From: Octopus sinensis
Taxonomy: Eukaryota
Direction: 5' to 3'
Assembly: GCF_006345805.1 (NCBI RefSeq)
Contig: NC_043015.1
Location: forward strand, 8,618,001-8,682,000
Length of the DNA: 64,000 nucleotides
This document shows positions 43,951 through 55,930 of the stretch, in pieces. The translations under genes and the position numbers were made by a program. The number at the start of each line of letters is the position of its first letter. Position 1 is the first letter of the stretch. The notes below the pieces were generated by a model that made no database searches, was not told where the DNA came from, and saw nothing but the letters and a program-made list of their open reading frames with translations.

Positions 43951-45296
43951 TAGTTAAGAGAGGACAATCAAGACATCTATAATTTCAATCACATTCTCAA
44001 GTCTGCTATAACCAGAATTATGTTGTATATTGGTGAAGATAATCTGATACTGTCATGTCAAAACTTCTTGTAACGTATAGCAGTAGTCTTTGATGCTAAC
44101 GATTGGATAAACGTTATTCATTGGATAAGCGTGGTAAAAGGATCCTCAAGACTATTTGTACCCATGTTTCCATTTACAGAATTTTTTGTGAGTCGTGTCT
44201 TTTTCGAAATTCATACAAATGACCTAAATAATATGATGCCCCTGTAAACACTAAAGACATTTTAGAGACGTTGGTTATTCTAGTGGATTAGGTTAACATA
44301 TTGTTACAGAAGGGAAATATTTTGGGATAAGCATACGTACATTTTCATAGCGACTTACTATTTAAATATTAGGCTTATGGTCTTAAGCTCCAAAATTCAC
44401 CAGCTTTTTGTTTTGTGTTTAACGTTGATAACGTTGTGGATATAAATTAACTGACTTTAGTACTTTTGTAGCAGTTCTCGAATCAAACATATTTGTCAAT
44501 ATTATCATCTCTTAAACATGCAATTTTGCTAATTTGTGCTTAGCTTCTTCATTCTGCGAATGCTTACCACTTTCTTGCGTATTTATTTCGCCGATGATTT
44601 CACAAACAATTCCGTGCTACTCAATGGGCTTGATCCGCATTGCAGTGTATCTAGTTATGCACACTTCTTGCACCTCATGCACTTTGTTTTAACATAGGAA
44701 AGTTTGGTGTTTCTGGCTTATACATTTCAATCATCTTTTAACCGAGTCATGTAATAATTTCTACACCAAATTATATATTCCGTTAAAAGCTATCAGATTA
44801 TGAATCTGTGAACTAAGCACATAATTATTAATGCAGAAAAATTAGTAAAATTCTAAAGATATATAGGTAATGTAACAAGGTATGGAAATAAGTTAATTGC
44901 AGTAATATTGTATCTTTGAATGTGAAAGTGCGTTGCTGTGCAAAAATGAAAGAAATCAAATTGTGTTTTAGAAATTGGACTTAATTGGGGTGACGTGTTT
45001 CAAGAAAAATAATATTACGTAGTTAAAGATTTATTGGAAGATATATTATACATCGAACATAAGATACAAATCAACAAATGATATATATACATATATCACT
45101 GAACGTTGTATATGTATACATACATATATATGTATATATATATATATATATATAGATATATATATATATATGTGTGGTGTGTGTGTGTGTGTGTGTGTGT
45201 GTGTATTATTGTATGTATATATTTATGTATGGAAATATGCACGTATGCGTATACATATATGTGTGTATATATGTATATGTATATGTATATGTATAT

Positions 45297-45359
<63 letters not shown>

Positions 45360-45888
45360 ATCATATATTGGACTAGAGTTGTACACAATTAGTTTTGATA
45401 TGACTAAATATTGTAAGTTTGTGGATAATTTTAGGTTTTAAAAGTTGGCATGTTTAAATGCTGGCGGAGGGTTGCGGCTGAGTAATAGATTTTGAAAAAG
45501 TTAGAATGTATAAACAAGGGGCCCGTAGTTTGATCGCCTCGTGATTTATACGTTTAACCCCTGGTGTTCCTGCAGAAAACGATTTCACCTGGCGAGTGTA
45601 TATGTTATTCATTTACTTGCTAATCTAAAATCAGAAACCAATTCGTTCAGGAAACTACAAGGTAAATTGTTTTTATTTTTCATTACGTTCCTGTCGAATT
45701 TTATCACTAATTTTGTGGTTATAGAACTTAGCTGTTCCTTCTAGCGTGTTGAATACCATGAGTGGATTCCTCATGTGTTTAAATGTACACTGTATCGTAA
45801 GACTAATATATAGTCTTTTGGACAAAAGTTTTAAACGTTAGACCACTGGAAACGTAAATTTTAATTTTCTTTTCCCTTTGATATGATT

Positions 45889-45920
<32 letters not shown>

Positions 45921-47275
45921 ATATATATATATTCCAATATAAGGGGGGTAATTACCTCCCTTACATTACAATTATCAAGTTTAGAATGTACATGATTTGC
46001 AAGTTGTATCCATGATTAATTTTCGCAGGAGTGGAACCAAAAATACATAAGTTAACTAAATTAACATTCATTCTGTTCATTAGTTTTATTTTTATTTCGT
46101 ATTTTATGAATATTTTTATTCGTATTTTGTATCCTTTCTTATTCCTGAAATTTTTATTTCTGAAATTTTTAAGGTTCATTCATTATCATTATCTTTATTT
46201 TTAATCATTAGTTTGTAAAGTAATATTATGTTAACGATTTTTAGTCAAATAATTTCAATCCTTATATAGAATGTAGAGAGAGTGATATATGTGTAGAATC
46301 CAGACCTGCAGATTGGGTATACCTCGATCCAATTGAGTATTGAATCTAGAGACCTTATATCTCAAAAATACCAACATACTGTTATGAAACACGCGTTGCA
46401 TTTAAACTATCTGTCTTTAGATTAGAGTCTATAATTCACTCATATAGAATGAAGTGTATGTCATTCTTTCTTAAGTAATATTCATCCGACAATTTAGCAA
46501 AGCACTACTCTCTACTATATTTTGCTTACCAAATATCACATAACCGCTTCATTTCGTTGCATCTTTGTCAGATCCTCAACGCGAAATGTTAAGTTGTTAT
46601 ATTCGTATGAGTTGCAAAATATGTGGTTAACAACCATATTCGAGATATTCCGAACCCATTGATATAAAAAAAAGTTTCCCTACAATGTTTAGTGATAATG
46701 GAAATTGTCCTAATGGAAATCTAGAATCAGCGAGAGAAACGTAGGAAAGGTGTGTTTCATTTATTTATCTGACCCTTAAGGGATTGGACAAAACAAATTT
46801 GTCACTCTGTAAAATCGCTCCAATAGCACTATACATGATATTACTTCTGATCAGCATTCTGCGAATATCCTTCAGCGTCAGTCTGATGCACTTAAATGAA
46901 TTTTGGAAGTTGTATATATGAATGCTCTTTGGATATGAAATAAAAAAAATGTGATAAGGATATATAACAAGCTTAACCTCTTTGCAACACGATTCAAAAT
47001 GGGTACGAAAAGGTGGTGTCTTTAGTAAAATTCGAGCAGTAAACAAAACTGAGCGTGGAAGCAACATCTGTGAGGAGTGGATACCTAAAAATGTTGCGAG
47101 TTTTATATTGGTTAAACAGGTGGCATTTTTTGTGAATGGCCTAATATATATGAGTACTGATACACACACACACACCACACGCATATATATATATATATAT
47201 ATATAGAAATTCAGGGTGAGTACTTGATAATTGTAAGCACCTGTATATACAATTTGGTGGTGTAGGTGGTGGAGT

Positions 47276-47540
47276 AAATTAATCAAACTAAAAATAAAAA
47301 CATGATGCCAAGGATTCAGCGGTACATATGTTTCGGGCCTTTCTTAGACGGATTTATAACAATGCATAATATGTGTGTATGTAATACATGACGTAATACA
47401 TATCCTTGAGGTAGTAATTGTGCGCGGCTGAAGAAGGCCATAGACACACATTATGCATTGTTATAAATCCGTCTCATAAAGGCCCGAAACATATGTACCG
47501 CTGAATCCTTGGCATTATGTTTTTATTTTTATTTTGATTA

Positions 47541-47544
<4 letters not shown>
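47276..47544. repeat. Fold-back inverted repeat (~106-bp arms, ~57-nt spacer) with a hammerhead; insert runs 47205-47544 between TA tracts
   Basis: + strand 47424-47501 reads GCGG-CTGAAGA-AGGCC...GGCC-C-GAAAC-ATAT-GTA^-CCGC. Palindromic ACATATGT. Confidence 0.85.
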
Positions 47545-47583
<39 letters not shown>

Positions 47584-48255
47584 TATTATATACATGGTGC
47601 ATTATCATAAAGACTTTTTAGATGTAAACGTGCGTCCAGCAGCACAATAGAACCTATCAATGTCGAATGAAATCACTGAAGAGAATTCTATTCAACAGCT
47701 GGGAGTGAGAGACCTGAAGGATTTGTATAGATATAACTCGATAATCAGTCCTCTGATGTAAAATACACGATTTCGTATGGTTATGACAATGTAAATGTTT
47801 GTGATTCGGCAACTTCATTTGTTATTCAGGACGACTGTTGTCATTGTGCAAGTCCTCTCCTCACTATAAAGAGGTTCAGAATGATGTATCACTTGATTTT
47901 TCACATCTCCATTCTGTATTGCATAATATGTTACTCGAGGCACACCATTCGGTGAAAAATGTCATGAGTGAATTAAAGTGTCTCTCAGTGTGGAGTGTTC
48001 TCTGTATAACTACTTCAAGAGGTAACTAGCGTTGCTTCTTCCTTGTGATAAACTCTCAAGCAATAAGAAATAAGCAATTTGTATTCTTAATTTTCAAGAT
48101 AACAGACAAGTGAGGATTTGGCTCTAAATTAAATTACCGCTATACTGTATAAGTCATCTGTAGATTTAAAATACATGCATGCACACATAGGGCAATATCT
48201 CTAAGTATATATAGTTGCATATGGACTTACCTTTCAGACAATCAATTAATTGGTC

Positions 48256-48311
48256 TATGTATGTATGTATGTATGTATGTATGTATGTATGTATGTATGT
48301 ATGTATGTATG

Positions 48312-48369
<58 letters not shown>

Positions 48370-48392
48370 CCTATCAATCAATCTATCAATCA
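48256..48392. repeat. (ATGT)n-(ATCT)n compound tetranucleotide microsatellite
   Basis: Read directly. Confidence 0.95.
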
Positions 48393-49159
48393 TGTATCTA
48401 CCTATTTTTGTATCCATGTAACTATATATCTCTATACACGTTGTAAAGTGTACCTTTGCGAATTATGGTCAATTTTTCCGTTCAGACCGTAACTATTAAT
48501 ATCTTTCTCTTTCCCCGTACGAAGCCCATCCGTAGGTATTTCTCAATTAATTTATCTCTATACATGGTTCAGCATCTCATTAGCGTGTGAACACTGTTAT
48601 TACCTTTCCTTCCATTGATTTAATACCCGAATCTCATTAAAATATTGAATGATTAAAACATGTCATCAACCACTCAATAAATACGCTAAAAATCGATGTT
48701 TCTAGCAGAATTGCATTGCATTATTAGGACAATGTGGTATATTTAGAGAACATGTCTTTATATAGCGTGCACCAGTTTTTTCTTTGTGTAAAATTCATGA
48801 GATATACTTATGTAGGAATGTATCTGATTTTTGTATCATCATCATCTTTTGAATGAACTTATATTTCTTCTTTTACTTATTGTATTCTTTTTCCCGCTCG
48901 TCCTTTTCCTTCCCACTTCTACTGATACTAGTGCTATACCTTCTCTCTGTCCGTATAATATATATATACAATTTATATGTAAGGGCAAAACAAAAAAAAT
49001 TATAATGGACACTACGTCAATAACCATGAAATTTATCACTACAAGCACGTATTTCCAAGAAAGCCGACAGAAATTTCTAAAAAAAATTCCGTTATTACTA
49101 TACCGGACCCAATCTCAGACTTGGTTCATAAGAACCTTCTCTTTGTTAGATGTTAACTT

Positions 49160-49202
<43 letters not shown>

Positions 49203-49207
<5 letters not shown>

Positions 49208-51660
49208 AATCAAGGAACGGCCATAATAGGCCATTCACCCACTAGAAATAACAGCCAAAAGCTTAAACCGCAAAATAACATCAATTCCGTAAACCAGGAG
49301 AAAATTTAAAAAACATTTACCCTGTAATTTCTTATACGATGCACCGTTTCGTCTACTGTTTAATGGTAAACTAACCTGATTAAATTAAATCAAGCCAATC
49401 TACCATAGGCCCTTAGATTCATCAGTAAGAAATAGCCAAGTCGGAACAGATATTTTTCACGAGGCATTCTCGTCCCTGCCTCGGCAATATCTGACCTAAA
49501 ATTTTCAAATCATCGCACTCGCGCCAAATTTATCGGCAGCAAAAAATATAAGCCACCGATTCCATTACGGAACTAACCAGAAAATTCATAATTAATCAAT
49601 ATAGGGTTGCAAAAAAATTTTGTAGAATCTTTTTGCCACCAGCGGCCTAGTGGGAAAAAATTAAATAGTCAAAGACCATTTTTAAGTTCAACATCACAAT
49701 CAAGGAACGGCAATAATAGGCCATTCACCCACTAGAAATAACAGCCAAAAGCTTAAACCGCAAAATAACATCAATTCCGTAAACCAGGAGAAAATTTAAA
49801 AAACATTTACCCTGTAATTTCTTATACGATGCACCGTTTCGTCTACTGTTTAATGGTAAACTAACCTGATTAAATTAAATCAAGCCAATCTACCATAGGC
49901 CCTTAGATTCATCAGTAAGAAATAGCCAAGTCGGAACAGATATTTTTCACGAGGCATTCTCGTCCCTGCCTCGGCAATATCTGACCTAAAATTTTCAAAT
50001 CATCGCACTCGCGCCAAATTTATCGGCAGCAAAAAAAATATAAGCCGCCGATTCCATTACGGAACTAACCAGAAAATTCATAATTAATCAATATAGGGTC
50101 GCAAAAAAATTTTGTAGAATCTTTTTGCCACCAGCGGCCTAGTGGGAAAAAATTAAATATCAAAGACCATTTTTAAGTTCAACATCACAATCAAGGAACG
50201 GCCATAATAGGCCATTCACCCACTAGAAATAACAGCCAAAAGCTTAAACCGCAAAATAACATCAATTCCGTAAACCAGGAGAAAATTTTAAAAACATTTA
50301 CCCTGTAATTTCTTATACGATGCACCGTTTCGTCTACTGTTTAATGGTAAACTAACCTGATTAAGTTAAATCAAGCCAATCTACCATAGGCCCTTAGATT
50401 CATCAGTAAGAAATAGCCAAGTCGGAACAGATATTTTTCACGAGGCATTCTCGTCCCTGCCTCGGCAATATCTGACCTAAAATTTTCAAATCATCGCACT
50501 CGCGCCAAATTTATCGGCAGCAAAAAAAAATATAAGCCGCCGATTCCATTACGGAACTAACCAGAAAATTCATAATTAATCAATATAGGGTGGCAAAAAA
50601 ATTTTGTAGAACCTTTTTGCCACCAGCGGCCTAGTGGGAAAAAATTAAATAGTCATAGACCATTTTTAAGTTAAACATCACAATCAAGGAACGGCCATAA
50701 TAGGCCATTCACCCACTAGAAATAACAGCCAAAAGCTTAAACCGCAAAATAACATCAATTCCGTAAACCAGGAGAAAATTTAAAAAACATTTACCCTGTA
50801 ATTTACCCTCGTGAAAAATATCTGTTCCGACTTGGCTATTTCTTACTGATGAATCTAAGGGCCTATGGTAGATTGGCTTGATTTAATTTAATCAGGTTAG
50901 TTTACCATTAAACAGTAGACGAAACGGTGCATCGTATAAGAAATTACAGGGTAAATGTTTTTTAAATTTTCTCCTGGTTTACGGAATTGATGTTATTTTG
51001 CGGTTTAAGCTTTTGGCTGTTATTTCTAGTGGGTGAATGGCCTATTATGGCCTTTCCTTGATTGTGATGTTGAACTTAAAAATGGTCTTTGACTATTTAA
51101 TTTTTTCCCACTAGGCCGCTGGTGGCAAAAAAATTCTACAAAATTTTTTTGGCACCCTATATTGATTAATTATGAATTTTCTGGTTAGTTCCGTAATGGA
51201 ATCGGCGGCTTATATTTTTTTGCTGCCGATAAATTTGGCGCGAGTGCGATGATTTGAAAATTTTAGGTCAGATATTGCCGAGGCAGGGACGAGAATGCCT
51301 CGTGAAAAATATCTGTTCCGACTTGGCTATTTCTTACTGATGAATCTAAGGGCCTATGGTAGATTGGCTTGATTTAATTTAATCAGGTTAGTTTACCATT
51401 AATCAGTAGACGAAACGGTGCATCGTATAAGAAATTACAGGGTAAATGTTTTTTAAATTTTCTCCTGGTTTACGGAATTGATGTTATTTTGCGGTTTAAG
51501 CTTTTGGCTGTTATTTCTAGTGGGTGAATGGCCTATTATGGCCGTTCCTTGATTGTGATGTTGAACTTAAAAATGGTCTTTGACTATTTAATTTTTTCCC
51601 ACTAGGCTGCTGGTGGCAAAAAGATTCTACAAAATTTTTTTGGCACCGTATATTGATTAA
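49203..51660. repeat. Tandem array of ~491-bp hammerhead-containing units with an inversion at ~50804-50808, flanked by (TA)n
   Basis: Units start at 49203, 49693, 50184 and 50677, followed by about 1.7 inverted units. Confidence 0.95.
50839..50943 (+). ncRNA. Type I hammerhead with extended stem II (second + copy from 51330; - copies at ~49328-49432, 49818-49922, 50309-50413)
   Basis: TTTCTTA-CTGATGA-ATCTA...TAGAC-GAAAC-GGTGCATC-GTA^-TAAGAAA. 7-bp stem I. An 18-bp inner stem II hairpin pairs TGGTAGATTGGCTTGATT with AATCAGGTTAGTTTACCA, including G-U pairs. Confidence 0.85.
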
Positions 51661-51729
<69 letters not shown>

Positions 51730-52270
51730 ATATATATATAATATATATATATATATATTAATATTAGGAAATCAATATCAAAATTCCTCAGAAAGATATA
51801 CACGTGCGAAAAATGATTGTTGTATTAAAAATATATAAATAAATATGAATATGTAGAACAATATATGTAAATATGTATAGGTATAATATATTAGTTTTGA
51901 ATTAACTATTTAAAGCACCTTACGATCGTTTCACAGAATAGTTGTCACTATAATGAAATCCTATATCGATAAGCATTTATAGACAACGCTTCTGCTCTTT
52001 AGGGATATTAAATGTGAATTCTGTATAACAGCTTTGAAGTAAAACTATAAAAAGATGTTTGTTAGAAAGCTAAATTAAAAATTAAAACTCGCTGCTTTAA
52101 AACCATATATACTTCCTTGGATATTCTTCTTCAATAGTCCATAATATTCATATGTAAAATCCGTTATATAATCCTGTATTCCAAATATAGTTCATAAAAT
52201 TAGTCTAAAGTGAAATTTGTATACACTTTAGTATATTTCAAGATTCTCATACTTAAGTATCATATTCATG

Positions 52271-52325
<55 letters not shown>

Positions 52326-52614
52326 GGACCTCTTCCTGTCAAGGGGCCCAGGGGAACCTACCTCACGGCAAGAGGTGCAAATGAGGGTAGCTATATCAAA
52401 CTCCATTCTTCACTAAGTGCCACATATTAGAGGAGGCTCTTAGTAATAAAAGTGTAGCAAAACGTGGATGCATCAGCATGGTCGCAGCTCTGACCTCAAA
52501 CTAAATATATATATATATATATATATATTAGAGGGAAACCACTATGTTGACACTGGCGTTAAATCGATATTAATAAAATTAATATCTAATTTCACACCCT
52601 CATTTTAAATTTTA

Positions 52615-52665
<51 letters not shown>

Positions 52666-52755
52666 ATATATATATATATATTATACATACATACATACGT
52701 ATGTATATGTTTGCTTGCAAGTAGCATACATTACATAATGTTTTACGCTTAATCA

Positions 52756-55275
52756 GTTAGTTAGTTAGTTAGTTAATTTGGCTCAAAAGCAAATAGCAAG
52801 GCCATGTAGGGGGACATGGAGTTAAGTACAGGGTGGTGTTCATGTAAAGAGTTCAGGCCACTTGAGGTCCAGGGAGGCTTTGAACAAAGCGGTCGTCGGC
52901 ATCTTCACCATCTCGTCTGGCAGCTTGTTCCACGGATCCGCAACCCGGACGGAGAAAGCACCTCTCCTTTGATTGAGATGAAATCGTCGCAGGTAGAGCT
53001 TTTCGGAATGACCCCGCAGCCGACGCTCTGGAGCAGGAGTGAAGAACAGCTCTTTCGAGAGGTTACACTTTCCGCTTATGATGTTGTGGGCGAGAATGAG
53101 ATCACCACGGCGGCGGCGTTTTTCAAGAGAATAAAGGTGGAGCGTCCTCAGCCTTTCTTCGTAGGACAAATTTTTGAGACCATGAACCATGCGGGGAGCC
53201 AGCTTCTGGACTCTTTCGAGATGCTGTATGTCTTTGAGGAGATAAGGAGAAGAGGCTTGAATCCCATACTCCAATATGGGTCTCAACAGCGTGATATAGA
53301 GTGGTAGGAATATGGCTGCTGTGAGCATTCCGAATGACCGTCGAATCAAGAACAGAATTCCGCGTGCTTTGTTGACAGCATGGACGCACTGGGCCGAAGG
53401 CGAAAAGGAGGAATCCACCAAGATACCCAGGTCCTTTACCTGATCGGTCCTCTCCAGCAGCAGACGACCCGGCTCGAAATCAAGTTGAGTTGCAGGAGTA
53501 GAGCCGACAGGCAGATGACAGCACTTTGACACGTTCAGACACAGGTCCCAATCGTTAGACCACTTCCAAATTTGGTGGAGGCATCGACGAAGATCCTCTA
53601 TATTACCGCGAGGAGCGACCAGTTTGATATCGTCGGCAAATAGAAGGGTGTGTTGCGTGAGGTCGTCGGGCAAGTCATTTATGAAGACTAAGAACAACAG
53701 GGCCCAAGCACTGAACATTGAGGCACGCCACTGCTCGCACTGGAGACGTCGGACCGCGAACCATTAACTTGGACTTGGAAGGAGCGATCTGAGAGGAAGG
53801 CACCAACCCATCGTATAATATCCGGATGGAAACTATATGCTTGAAGCTTGACAAGTAATAGGCGGTGGTTTACCGAGTCAAAAGCTTTGGCAAAGTCCAA
53901 TAAAACGATGTCAACAGCATCACTATCATCGAGGATGCGCCTCACCAATTCTTCCATTACTAGTAAGTTGGTCAAGCCTGATCTCTTGGGCACGAAGCCG
54001 TGTTGGGAATCAGAGATAGAGGCTGTGTTTAGGAGGTGGATCATCATACTTTTCTTAAGGATGGTTTCGAACATCTTGCTAATTATTGATGTAAGGGAAA
54101 CCGGTCGGTAGTTAAGCGGGTCTTCACGGCTCCCTTTCTTGAAAATTGGGCAGATTATCGCTGTTCTCCAGTCTGCAGGTATAACACCCGTCGCCAATGA
54201 CATATTGAATAGTCGTGTTAAGGGCTCGCAGATGACAGGAGCCAACGCTTTGATAACCCGTGGGTGTATGCCGTCAGGGCCGTGACCCTTGTTGACATCG
54301 AGGCCTTGAATAACACGTGTGACTTCGTCCCGCGTGATGACCAATCGAAGCATTGGAGGTACCGATCTATCAAATGGAGGGGGTTCACGATCATCATCTT
54401 GTTTGAAAATAGTTGAAAAAGCCTCGGCAAATAATTGACTCTGTTGATAATGGTCCTCAATCGATACGCCTGTTGAGTCTACCAACGTTGCAATCTGGTT
54501 GTTCAAGCGGGAATTCCGCTGGACATGGGCAAAGAAGGTTTTTGGATTGCTACTGGCATTTGCCGCGATTTTGTATTCATAACTGAAGCGTTCTTTCTTT
54601 TCAATTTTCACGGCTCGGTCTCGTTTAGTTTTGTACACCTCAAAAGCTGCAGTCGAATCCAGATTTTTGAATTCAGCCCAAGCAATATCTCTGAGTCGAC
54701 GTTCTCGTTTAACCTTCTTCGTCACCCAGGGCTTGTGTTTCTTCTTCTTGGAAGCCCAACGGGAACTGCCTGGTCAGTCAAACAGATTACATATGCTTTG
54801 AGAGATGACCATAGTTCGTCAACAGAGGACAACGTCATCAGGGATCGCCAGTCCAGAAGCGCGGAAGCCTCGGTTAGAATTTCAAGATTAATTGCAGAGA
54901 AGACTCTACGTGGCAGCGAAGTAGTCGTGGGCGTAGAAAAAGTTGTGTGCATGACGAACTTCAGGACCGCATGATCACTCTTGGCAAGAGGGGCGCACAC
55001 AGATACGTCTGACACTGATCTTGGATAGCGGGAGAATACCAGATCTAGCATAGATGGCTGCTGCCCAGACCGATGCCTTGTCGGATATTCAACATGTTGC
55101 GATAGAAAACAATCTTCAGCCACGCCAAGAAGGGCCTGGCCGAACCGGGAGGATGTTGTACAGATTGATGCGGGCCAATCGATCGTGGGAGCGTTGAAGT
55201 CTCCTAGTACCAAACAGTCATGCGAAGCTGAAAAGAATCTTATCGCTTCGAGTAAATGAGCATCGTCCAGTTGTT
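52756..55275 (-). mobile_element. CR1-clade LINE, 5'-truncated within the endonuclease, two frameshifts, (AACT)n tail
   Basis: VLGDFNAPTIDW (APE), YRPVSLTS, LDFAKAFDSVNH, SGVPQCSVLGP, FADDIKL, YSLEKRRRRGDLI and FSVRVADPWNKLP. (GTTA)n at 52756-52775. Confidence 0.95.
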
Positions 55276-55561
55276 ACAAGTCACATTCTATTATTCATAT
55301 ATACTACTTTCATTGTGCTTCTTTTCCAGAATCTTTTATCTATATTATGCCGTTTGAAAAGCTGCTTCAACAAATGTTTCCTATACACCGTTGTAGTTAT
55401 CTGTCATTATATTTCGCCATAGTTAAGAACAGTGCTTTATTGACTTCGAGCAATTTTCTTTGATGGCATTGCTAGGAGTGTAGTATTTTACTTCAAATCT
55501 GGATTTCTGTGTTACCAGGTAATGTATTTCAGTAAATCATAGTTAACTGAATTTAAATTGT

Positions 55562-55930
55562 GATGTATATTTGCTATATAAATATGGCTAACCCCTAAGG
55601 GCGGATGCTACTTTAGTTTGTAGCCCCAGCAGGACACCTCCTCCAACTGGCCATAGACACACTTTCTGTGCCCTATCAGTATTTGCAAAGGGAAACCATC
55701 TTTCCCGTCTTCAACTTATGATGTCTTCAACTTGAAGGCGGGAAGTATAGCTTCCTTTTGCAAATGCTGATAGGGCACAGAAAGTGTGTCTATGGCCAGC
55801 TGGAGGAGGTGTCCTCCTAGGGCTACAAACTATTGTAGCATCCACCCTTAGAGTTTAGCCATATTTATATGGCAAATATACGTCAGGATGCGTTGTAGCT
55901 ACTGTTTATAACTCGCTCTGATATTTATTA
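55562..55930. repeat. Older fold-back of the same family as 16160-16888 (arms visibly more diverged), lacking the hammerhead
   Basis: TATGGCTAACCCCTAAGGGCGGATGCTAC is shared with ~16710. Left arm ends at 55722, filler GTCTTCAAC, right arm starts at 55732. Confidence 0.8.

Noticed and set aside
46765-47286. 173-aa minus-strand ORF
   Set aside because: It runs through TA/CA microsatellite and has no recognisable motif.
52816-54974. Plus-strand ORFs over the CR1 element, and 58843..59295 on the minus strand of the Tx1-like LINE
   Set aside because: They are antisense shadows of GC-richer LINE coding sequence.
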